Below are positions 19,432 through 26,716 of a stretch of DNA of 64,000 nt, in pieces. Source of the stretch: an uncultured Actinomycetes bacterium (lineage in GTDB: Bacteria; Actinomycetota; Thermoleophilia; Gaiellales; Gaiellaceae). The DNA is taken from positions 50,297 to 114,296 of the forward strand of contig CAVZHU010000014.1 of the NCBI GenBank assembly GCA_963775155.1, written 5' to 3'. The position numbers and the translations under genes are program-made. The notes under the pieces are model-generated. The model did not search any database. It had not been told where the DNA came from and saw nothing but the letters and a program-made list of their open reading frames with translations. Position 1 is the first letter of the stretch. Every line of letters begins with the position of its first letter.

Positions 19432-19461
19432 TCTAGCCCAGAGTCCGGAGCCGTCTGGCCC

Positions 19462-19653
19462 CAGGAGGAGAGCGTCGCGCGAACGCCCCGTGGGCGATGC
19501 TCGAGGCGATCGACGGCTGTCCCGCGGCCGACATCGCGATCACGGCACCCGAGACCGTCTTCGCCTTCTCGGAGGTGAAGCTCGGGATCATCCCGGCGGC
19601 CATCTCCCCCTTCGCGCTCGCCAAGATCGGCCCGGGCGCGGCGGTACTTCGTC
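19462..19653 (+). pseudogene. decayed internal fragment of the enoyl-CoA hydratase gene (copy of roughly 8684-8945)
   Basis: ATGCTCGAGGCGATCGACGGCTGTCCCGCG at 19497 is identical to 8722-8751. The following 60 nt of the intact gene (PVVARVQGHALGGGAGLVAA) are missing. Then ...GTCTTCGCCTTCTCGGAGGTGAAGCTCGGGATCATCCCGGCGG... matches closely, and a 5-nt loss breaks the frame near the end. Confidence 0.85.
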
Positions 19654-20188
19654 TAGGGCTGGAACTGCTGCGCGAACTCCGTCACGGTCGCCACGCGCAC
19701 GCGGAGCCAGACGCCTGAGAGGAGCGGCTCGATCAGGTGCGGCGTCTTCGCGCCGGCGACGAGCGCGGCCAGCTGCACGGCACTGATCCGGGTCGTGTGC
19801 ATCTTCCCGCCGCCGACGGTGATGACCGTCCCCCTCGTGGCCGCGGGCAGGACGAACGTGAGGCTGGACTTCCCGGCCGGGAGGACGATGTGGTCGTCCT
19901 CGACGCCGGGGCAGGAGAGCGGGGCGCACCGCTCGTGCTGCGAGGCCGCGAACGCGACATTGGCAGCCACGCCGACGAGGAAGAACTCCGGCCGCAGGAC
20001 CAGCAGGTACCGGCGCGCGTCCGCCTTCCGCACAGAGACGATCCGGCCGAAGTAGCGCACGTCCTGAGTGCCGAGCGGCGCGCTCGGCTGCCCGACCGTT
20101 CGTCGTCACGGTCACCGTCGAGCCCCGGCCCGACCGCGGCCGCGAGAACGAGCGCCAGGACGAGCGCAACGAGGGCGGCGATCCGCAA
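19653..20188 (-). CDS. hypothetical exported protein (one frameshift near 20100)
   Basis: TTG 20188 gives (M)RIAALVALVLALVLAAAVGPG. After a frame change it continues TVGQPSAPLGTQDVRYFGRIVSVRKADARRYLLVLRPEFF... to the stop at 19653. No family recognised. Confidence 0.4.
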
Positions 20189-20384
20189 CGCCGCGACCGT
20201 ACCGCGGGGGTCGGACGCCCGGGCGGACCGCCGCGCGTACGCGCGCCCGTCACTCCTGCGAGAGATCGAGCCTGCCGGAGATTGAATCGCAGGTGGACAA
20301 CGGTTAGATTTTGATCCGATGTGTTGCCCGTCACTTCGGTGGCAACGGTGCCCCACGGTGAACGAGGGAAGGAAGGGGAAAGAG

Positions 20385-22988
20385 ATGAAGAGAGCACTGC
20401 TCGCAGCGGCTGTCGGCGCGTTGGCGCTGCTGGTCGTCGGCGGGGCGTCAGCCACAGCTTCGACCACTGTCGTGACACCGTCCCACTTGGACGGTTGGAC
20501 TCTGGCAGTGACCGACGACGGGTACGGGCCGTCGGTGTACGGAGCCGGAGCCGACTTCGTCTCCGGACCGGCCACGCCACCACTGGGGACCGGAAGCCTG
20601 AATCTATACACCGGGCCTGGCCACGGAGAAGAGTCCGCCGGGATTCGCAACGCCGACTACTCAGGCGTGCGGCTCGACGAACTGACGAGCCTCAGCTACA
20701 GCACGTACATGACCGCGAACAACGGCCAGCAGATGCCGTACCTGTCGCTCGAGATCAGCACCACAGGGGGGTCCACTCCGGACGATCGCATCTTCTTCGA
20801 GCCGCCGTACCAGACGCCCTCGAGCGGGAATCCGAGTCTGCCTGACCAGGGAGGCTCTGTGCTCGACCAGTGGCAAACCTGGGACGCACTCGACGGCGGT
20901 TGGTGGGCGAACAGCGGCGGCGGCGCCGGAACCACCGGCTGCACCCCGGGCACGGGGGTCTGCTCACTTGCCGACTACCTGGCCCAGCATCCCGACGCCA
21001 CGATCGTGAACAAGTCCGATGGCACAGGCTCGATCAGGCTTGTCGTGGGCTATGCCTCGGAGGGCGACACCTTCAACGGAAACGTCGATGCGTTCACCAT
21101 CGGTGTCAGCGGAGACTCGACAGCGTACGACTTCGAGCCCGAGCCGCCGTGCACCACGGTGTGTTATGTGAACGCGGCCACCGGGAACGACTCGAACGCC
21201 GGTGACACCCCTGCGCTCGCGAAGAAGACGATCAAGGCGGCCGTGAACCAGGTCTCGGACGGCGGCACCGTGATCGTCGCGGCCGGAAACTACGGCTACG
21301 AGTCGATCGGCGCCGACAAGACCGTCACGATCGAGGGCGCACAGTACGGGGTCGACGGAAGCGCGGCGGGCCGGCCGGGAGATGCCACGACCGAATCGAT
21401 CGCCAAGCTCGACGTGACCTCGGGCGACATCACCGTCGACGGCTTCGTCCTCGACGCAAGCCTGACGGGAGGCCCCAACGACGGACTTCGGGCTCTTTAC
21501 ACGGGCGCACCGGCGAACAACGGACTGACGGTCCGGGACTCGGTGCTCGAGAACGGCTTCTTCGGGCTCGAAGACCCATCGAACAGCCACCTGGCCTCGC
21601 TCGACGTCGAGCACAGCCAGTTCCGGAACAACTACGCCTCGGGGAACGCGAACCAGCTCTGGGCGGTCTCCCCCGACACGCTGACGAAGACTGTCGAGGA
21701 CAACTCCTTCAGCGGCAACGACAACGCCGACATCAACCTCAATTGGGGCGACGTCACGGTCTCGGGCAATACGTCGACCGGGGACGCCACGATGCTCGTC
21801 GTCACGGAAGCCGAGCCGGTGAGCATCACCGACAACTCGGGAGTGTTCAACGGCGACGGCACCGCCATCTACCTCGGAAAGGGAAACCATGACGTCCTCA
21901 TCAGCGGCAACTCGCTGACCGGGGCCTACAGAGGGATCAAGTTCGACAGCCTCTTCGGAGGGTCGAACGGCGGCGCCACGACCGGAGCCGTCGTGACCGG
22001 CAACACGATCACCGACGCGATCGACTCCGGCATCCGGGTCGCCGCAGGCGCCTATTCGGGCCCGATCACGATCGACCACAACGTGATGGCGAGCCCGTCG
22101 GTGCCCGGCATCGTCTTCGACTCCGGCTCCGGTGTCACCGCGGCAGGTTCTTCGGTCGTGCGCAACGACCTGTCCGGAGCCACCACCGGCCTCTCGTGGC
22201 CCGACGCCGGCACGATGGACGCGACCTGCAACTGGTGGGGCAGCGCGAGCGGGCCGTCGGGAGTCGGCAGCGGCTCGGGCTCGGCCCTCAGCGGCTCCGC
22301 CCGCTACCAGCCGTGGCTCACCTCGTCCGACCTCAACGGTCCGTGCAACGGCTTCTCGCCGCTGCCGGGCGGGAAGGCGACGTGCGACGGGGTGCTGCCC
22401 GACGGCACGTACACCGACGTCACGGTTCCCGACGGCGCGACGTGCACGCTCGACGCCGGCGACAACATCACCCATGACGTCAAGGTCGGCAAGGGCTCGA
22501 CCCTGATCGACGAGGGTGCCACGATCGGCCACGACATCCACGCGGACAAGGCGGCCGGGATCGACGTCGAGGGCGGCAGTATCGGCCACGACGTCCACGT
22601 GACCAAGACCAGCGGCGACGTCACGATCGAGAACGCCTCGATCGGCCACGACATCCACGTCGAGAACAACCAGGGCGCGGTCACGGTCGACGGCAACGAC
22701 GTCACCCACGACCTCGTCGTCCAGAAGAACCAGGGCGGCACCACGGTCGACGGCAACACGGTCGGGCACGACCTCCACGTCAACAACAACGGCGCCCCGA
22801 CCGACGTCAGCGGCAACAGCGCAGGCCACGACGCGACCTGTGACCACGACGGCGGACTGACGGCATCCGGCAACAGCGCAGGCCACCACCTCGCTTGCCC
22901 TGCGCCAGGGCCTCCCGGACCCCCAGGGCCTCCCGGGCCTCCCGGGCCTCCCGGGCCCCCCGGCCCCCCAGGGCCTCCCGGACACTAG
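20385..22988 (+). CDS. large secreted protein: N-terminal beta-sandwich-like domain, parallel beta-helix (PbH1) region, seven 20-aa His/Asp-rich repeats, C-terminal collagen-like (GPP)8
   Basis: GGAAGGGGAAAGAG RBS then ATG 20385. Signal peptide MKRALLAAAVGALALLVVGGASATAS. PbH1-type repeats (SGNDNADINL, VSGNTSTGD, ISGNSLTG, VTGNTITD). CNWWGSASGPSG motif. Repeats of the type IGHDIHV..N.G.VTVDGN. Ends GPPGPPGPPGPPGPPGPPGPPGPPGH. Confidence 0.8.
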   Translation: MKRALLAAAVGALALLVVGGASATASTTVVTPSHLDGWTLAVTDDGYGPSVYGAGADFVSGPATPPLGTGSLNLYTGPGHGEESAGIRNADYSGVRLDELTSLSYSTYMTANNGQQMPYLSLEISTTGGSTPDDRIFFEPPYQTPSSGNPSLPDQGGSVLDQWQTWDALDGGWWANSGGGAGTTGCTPGTGVCSLADYLAQHPDATIVNKSDGTGSIRLVVGYASEGDTFNGNVDAFTIGVSGDSTAYDFEPEPPCTTVCYVNAATGNDSNAGDTPALAKKTIKAAVNQVSDGGTVIVAAGNYGYESIGADKTVTIEGAQYGVDGSAAGRPGDATTESIAKLDVTSGDITVDGFVLDASLTGGPNDGLRALYTGAPANNGLTVRDSVLENGFFGLEDPSNSHLASLDVEHSQFRNNYASGNANQLWAVSPDTLTKTVEDNSFSGNDNADINLNWGDVTVSGNTSTGDATMLVVTEAEPVSITDNSGVFNGDGTAIYLGKGNHDVLISGNSLTGAYRGIKFDSLFGGSNGGATTGAVVTGNTITDAIDSGIRVAAGAYSGPITIDHNVMASPSVPGIVFDSGSGVTAAGSSVVRNDLSGATTGLSWPDAGTMDATCNWWGSASGPSGVGSGSGSALSGSARYQPWLTSSDLNGPCNGFSPLPGGKATCDGVLPDGTYTDVTVPDGATCTLDAGDNITHDVKVGKGSTLIDEGATIGHDIHADKAAGIDVEGGSIGHDVHVTKTSGDVTIENASIGHDIHVENNQGAVTVDGNDVTHDLVVQKNQGGTTVDGNTVGHDLHVNNNGAPTDVSGNSAGHDATCDHDGGLTASGNSAGHHLACPAPGPPGPPGPPGPPGPPGPPGPPGPPGH
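22908..22979 (+). repeat. 8 x 9-nt imperfect tandem repeat encoding (Gly-Pro-Pro)8
   Basis: GGGCCTCCC/GGACCCCCA-type units read directly from the sequence. In frame, followed by GGA CAC TAG. Confidence 0.9.
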
Positions 22989-23005
22989 ACACCAGTACGA
23001 CCCAA

Positions 23006-23035
23006 GGTTGGGGCGGGCACGAGTCCGCCCCAACC
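23006..23035. terminator. 11-bp GC hairpin between convergent genes
   Basis: GGTTGGGGCGG-gcacgagt-CCGCCCCAACC lies between the beta-helix gene stop (22988) and the zur stop (23044). No clear U-tract. Confidence 0.5.
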
Positions 23036-23043
23036 CCCGCTCC

Positions 23044-23475
23044 TCAGCGGCAGTCGCGGCAGAGGCCGGTGATCTCGAGCCGGTGGTCGGTCGTGCGGAA
23101 GCCGTGGCGCTTCGCGACCCCCTCCACCCAGTCGCCGACGAGATCGGAGCCCTCCACCTCGACCACGCGGTGACAGCTCTCGCAGTAGAGGTGGTGATGG
23201 TGCGAGTCGCTGCAGAGCCGGTAGCACTGCTCGCCGCCGTGATGGGAGAGGACGTCGACGACGCCCTTCTCGCTCAGCAGGCCGAGCGTCCGGTAGACCG
23301 TGGCGAGGCCGGTGCCGGAGTCGCGCTCGCGCAGCCGGCTCCACAGCTCCTGCGCCGTCACGTCGTCCCGCTCCCGGGCGAGCTCGGAGAGCACCTCGAG
23401 CCGGCGCGGCGTCGCCCGCACACCCTTGCGCTCGAGCAGTCCCCGAATGTCTTGCGGCGCCTCGCTCACAGCCAC
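23044..23475 (-). CDS. zur: Fur-family metalloregulator, zinc uptake regulator type
   Basis: Winged-helix region VTAQELWSRLRE...LATVYRTLGLL. Metal sites HHHHLYCESC and CRDC. Divergent from a znuABC-type operon. Confidence 0.8.
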   Translation of the reverse strand: MAVSEAPQDIRGLLERKGVRATPRRLEVLSELARERDDVTAQELWSRLRERDSGTGLATVYRTLGLLSEKGVVDVLSHHGGEQCYRLCSDSHHHHLYCESCHRVVEVEGSDLVGDWVEGVAKRHGFRTTDHRLEITGLCRDCR

Positions 23476-23489
23476 TATGCTAGCCGACA

Positions 23490-24380
23490 GTGGTAATGAG
23501 AACCGTTATCGTTATCGGACTGGCCCTCGTGACGAGCGCAGGACTCTCCGCGTGCGGCGGCTCGACGCACGCGACCGGGAAGCTCGACGTCGTGGCCGCG
23601 GAGAACGTCTACGGAGACATCGCCGCCCAGATCGGCGGCCGCTACGTCTCGGTCACCTCCATCCTCACGGACCCGAATGCCGACCCGCACCTGTTCGAGC
23701 CCGGCACGGCGAACGGCCTCGCGGTGTCGGGCGCGCGGGTCGTGATCCAGAACGGCCTCGGCTACGACGACTTCATGACGAAGCTCGAGAACGCAGCGCC
23801 GTCGACAAAGCGGATCGTCGTCACGATCGCCGACCTTCTCGGCGTCCAGGGAACCGACGCGAACCCGCATCTCTGGTACGACGTGCCGAGGCTCGGGCGG
23901 ATCGCCGGCGGGATCGCCGCCGCCTTCGCGCAGGCCGACCCGGCCCACGCCGCCGCGTACCGCAGCGGTGCCCGTCGCTTCGAGCGGTCGCTCGGGCCGC
24001 TCCGCGCTGAGATCGCCCGGATTCGCGCGCGCTTCGGCGGCGCGCCCGTCGCGTACACGGAGCCGGTGCCCGCATACCTCCTCGCCGCGGCAGGCCTCCG
24101 CAACCTCGCGCCCGAGGCGTTCACGCGGGCGATCCAGGACGGCAGCGAGCCGGCGGCCGCAGCAGTCTCGGCGATGAACACCCTCGTCACGCAGCGCCGC
24201 ATCCGCGTCCTCCTCTACAACGACCAGACCGTCTCCCCCATCACGGAGCAGCTCGCCGCCGCCGCGCGGCGGGCGGGGATCGGCGTCGTCGGGGTGAGCG
24301 AGACCCTGCCGCCCCACCTGACCTTCCAGCAGTGGCAGCTGGGTCAGGCCCGCGCCCTCGCCTCCGCCCTCGCACGATGA
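23490..24380 (+). CDS. znuA: zinc/manganese ABC transporter substrate-binding lipoprotein (TroA/ZnuA family)
   Basis: Lipobox LSAC after a hydrophobic signal. 296-aa cluster-9 SBP-like sequence. Operon with an ATPase and a permease. Confidence 0.8.
   Translation: MVMRTVIVIGLALVTSAGLSACGGSTHATGKLDVVAAENVYGDIAAQIGGRYVSVTSILTDPNADPHLFEPGTANGLAVSGARVVIQNGLGYDDFMTKLENAAPSTKRIVVTIADLLGVQGTDANPHLWYDVPRLGRIAGGIAAAFAQADPAHAAAYRSGARRFERSLGPLRAEIARIRARFGGAPVAYTEPVPAYLLAAAGLRNLAPEAFTRAIQDGSEPAAAAVSAMNTLVTQRRIRVLLYNDQTVSPITEQLAAAARRAGIGVVGVSETLPPHLTFQQWQLGQARALASALAR
23494..23514. promoter_or_regulatory. candidate Zur box
   Basis: TAATGAGAACCGTTATCGTTA matches 15 of 21 positions of the actinobacterial Zur consensus as I recall it (TAATGAAAATGATTTTCATTA). 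An AT-rich patch in a GC-rich context, overlapping the first codons of znuA. Confidence 0.35.
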
Positions 24381-25177
24381 GCGTCGTCTCCGCAGAGGGC
24401 CTCGCGCTCCGGTTCGGCGAGCGCACGCTGTTCGAGGACCTGAGCTTCGACCTCGAGCGCGGCGAGCTCCTCGCCGTCCTCGGGCCGAACGGAACCGGGA
24501 AGACGTCGCTCGTCCGGATCCTGCTCGGGCTCCTCCCCCCCACCGCCGGCCGGGTCTCGATCGACAGCTGCCCGCCGCGCGAGCGCTGCGGGCGGATCGG
24601 CTACGTGCCGCAGCAGCGCGTCTTCGACCGCGACACCTCGCTGCGCGGCCGCGACCTCGTCCGCCTGGGGGTCGACGGCCACCGCTGGGGCTTCGGGCGC
24701 CTGAGCGCCGCCGATCGCCAGCGGGTCGAGCGGGCGCTCGCCCAGGTCGGGGCGACAGGTTATGCGGACGCGCCGCTCGGGCGGCTCTCGGGCGGCGAGC
24801 AGCAGCGGCTGCGCGTCGCCCAGGCGCTCGCCTCCGATCCCGTGCTCCTGCTGGCGGACGAGCCGCTCCTCTCGCTCGACCTCGCCCACCAGCGCGGCGT
24901 CGTCGACCTGCTCGACGCGCGCCGGCGCAGCGCGGGCACGCCCGTCGTCTTCGTCACGCACGACGTCAACCCCGTCCTGCACAACGTCGACCGCGTGCTG
25001 TACCTGGCCCCGGGCAGGTGGGCGATCGGCACTCCGGACGAGGTGCTGACCTCGGACACGCTCTCGCGCCTCTACGACACCGACGTGGACGTCCTCCGCG
25101 TTCGCGGCCGCGTCGTCGTGGTCGGCACGCCTGACGACCAGCACGTCCACCACGTCGAGGACGGACACGAGCACTGA
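24377..25177 (+). CDS. znuC: metal ABC transporter ATP-binding protein
   Basis: Walker A GPNGTGKTS, signature LSGGEQQR, Walker B LLLADEP. ATGA overlap with znuA. Confidence 0.85.
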   Translation: MSVVSAEGLALRFGERTLFEDLSFDLERGELLAVLGPNGTGKTSLVRILLGLLPPTAGRVSIDSCPPRERCGRIGYVPQQRVFDRDTSLRGRDLVRLGVDGHRWGFGRLSAADRQRVERALAQVGATGYADAPLGRLSGGEQQRLRVAQALASDPVLLLADEPLLSLDLAHQRGVVDLLDARRRSAGTPVVFVTHDVNPVLHNVDRVLYLAPGRWAIGTPDEVLTSDTLSRLYDTDVDVLRVRGRVVVVGTPDDQHVHHVEDGHEH

Positions 25178-26037
25178 TGTTCACGCAGCTCCTCGCCGAG
25201 CACTTCGTCCACACGGCCCTCTGGGCGGGAGCCGTCGTCGCCGTCGTCTCGGGCGCGATCGGCGTCTTCGTCGTCACCCGCGGCATGAGCTTCGCCGTGC
25301 ACGCGATCTCGGAGCTCGGCTTCACCGGCGCGGCCGGCGCACTCGTGGTCGGCCTCGACCCCGTGCTCGGGATGCTCGGCGGCTCGCTCGTCGTCGGCCT
25401 CGTCCTCGGCCTCCTCTCCCTGCGTGGACGCGAACGGGACAGCTCGATCGGCGCCGTGCTCGCCTTCGGCCTCGGCGTCGGCGTCCTCTTCCTCTCCCTC
25501 TACCAGGGCTACGCGACCGAGGCCACGAACCTGCTCTTCGGCAGCATCGTCGGCGTCTCGGACGGGCAGCTCCGCGACCTCGCGATCGTCGCGGCGATCG
25601 TCGTCGCCGGGATCGCGATCCTCTACCGGCCACTCCTCTTCTCGAGCGTCGATCCCGAGATCGCGGCCGCGCGCGGCGTGCCGGTGCGCACGCTCTCGGT
25701 GGCGATCTTCCTCCTGCTCGCGCTGACGACGGCCGAGGCGATCCAGGTCGTCGGCGTCCTGCTCGTGCTCACCCTCGTGATCACACCCGCGGCGGCGGCG
25801 CAGCGGCTGACCGGGAGGCCGACGCTCATGCTCGTGCTCAGCATCGCGATCGCCCTCGTCTCGACGGAGGGCGGCATCCTGCTCTCACTCGCGAAGCCGT
25901 GGCCGACGAGCTTCTTCATCAGCGCGCTCTCGTTCGCCGCCTATCTCGGCGCGCGGCTCCTCGACTGGAGCCGCGGACGTCTGCCGCGCTCAGAACCGCT
26001 TCAGCTCGAGCCCACCACGCCGCAGGTGCGCAGTTAG
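25177..26037 (+). CDS. znuB: metal ABC transporter permease
   Basis: 286-aa polytopic ABC-3 family-like sequence. Its start overlaps the znuC stop (TGATG). Confidence 0.8.
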   Translation: MFTQLLAEHFVHTALWAGAVVAVVSGAIGVFVVTRGMSFAVHAISELGFTGAAGALVVGLDPVLGMLGGSLVVGLVLGLLSLRGRERDSSIGAVLAFGLGVGVLFLSLYQGYATEATNLLFGSIVGVSDGQLRDLAIVAAIVVAGIAILYRPLLFSSVDPEIAAARGVPVRTLSVAIFLLLALTTAEAIQVVGVLLVLTLVITPAAAAQRLTGRPTLMLVLSIAIALVSTEGGILLSLAKPWPTSFFISALSFAAYLGARLLDWSRGRLPRSEPLQLEPTTPQVRS

Positions 26038-26706
26038 GTAACGGACGCCCTCGGGCCCGGCGACGAGCCGGCGTGCGACGCCCTTCTCGACAACGAGCGC
26101 CGCGCCCTCGCGTAGCTCACGTGGCTCGCCGTCGACATCGAGAACCGCTGCGCCGGCAAGGACGACGTAGAGGACGTCACGGTGCGCGTTCACGTGCTCG
26201 GCGGGGCCTTCGCCCGGCGGCCAGACGAGCAGGGTCGCGTTCAGGTCTTCGCTCGCCGCGCCCCAGACCGGCCCGCGGGGCTCCGGCTGCTCGTCGCGCG
26301 GCGCCAGCCGGATCGCGCCGAGCTCCGCGTCCGGAACGTGCTCCTGGACGAGCTCGAAGACGGTCCGCTCCTCGAGCCGGATGTGCTCGTCGAGAAGTGC
26401 ACCGAGCTCCCCGAGCGTCTCGGCCGAGGGATCCGCGCGGAGGCTCCGGGCGAGGGCGCGTATCCGCTGATGCTGGACGAGCACCCGCTCGAGCTCCGGC
26501 GGCTGGAGCGAGAGGAGCGGGAAGACGAGCTCCTCCTCCTCGCGGAGATGGCGGACGACGTGGAGGCCGAAGTGACGCAGGAAGCGGGTAGCCGCCGCAC
26601 GCCGCGCCTCCGCGTCCTCGTCGGCAGACCGCCGGAGGTCCCGGGCGCGCACCAGCGTCGCATGGTGGTCGTGCGAGAGCGGAACGAGCGCTGGGTGCCG
26701 CTTCAC
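25990..26706 (-). CDS. hemerythrin-like (HHE cation-binding) domain fused to a cupin domain
   Basis: N-terminal LSHDHHATLV...HLREEEELVFP...LDEHIRLEE pattern. C-terminal half VWPPGEGPAEHVNAHRDVLYVVLAGAAVLDVDGE is cupin-like. Confidence 0.6.
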   Translation of the reverse strand: MKRHPALVPLSHDHHATLVRARDLRRSADEDAEARRAAATRFLRHFGLHVVRHLREEEELVFPLLSLQPPELERVLVQHQRIRALARSLRADPSAETLGELGALLDEHIRLEERTVFELVQEHVPDAELGAIRLAPRDEQPEPRGPVWGAASEDLNATLLVWPPGEGPAEHVNAHRDVLYVVLAGAAVLDVDGEPRELREGAALVVEKGVARRLVAGPEGVRYLTAHLRRGGLELKRF

Positions 26707-26716
26707 GACTCTCGAG

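Noticed and set aside
20281-20384. AT-rich patch GGTTAGATTTTGATCCGATGTG upstream of the beta-helix gene as a defined promoter; it shares TTGATCCGRTG with the sRNA promoter candidate
   Set aside because: No acceptable -10 hexamer at 16-19 nt spacing could be found, so I record it only as a possible -35-like similarity.
22908-22979. Collagen-like GPP repeat as eukaryotic contamination or an assembly artefact
   Set aside because: It is in frame, contiguous with a bacterial-type secreted beta-helix ORF, and is followed by a normal stop and terminator hairpin.
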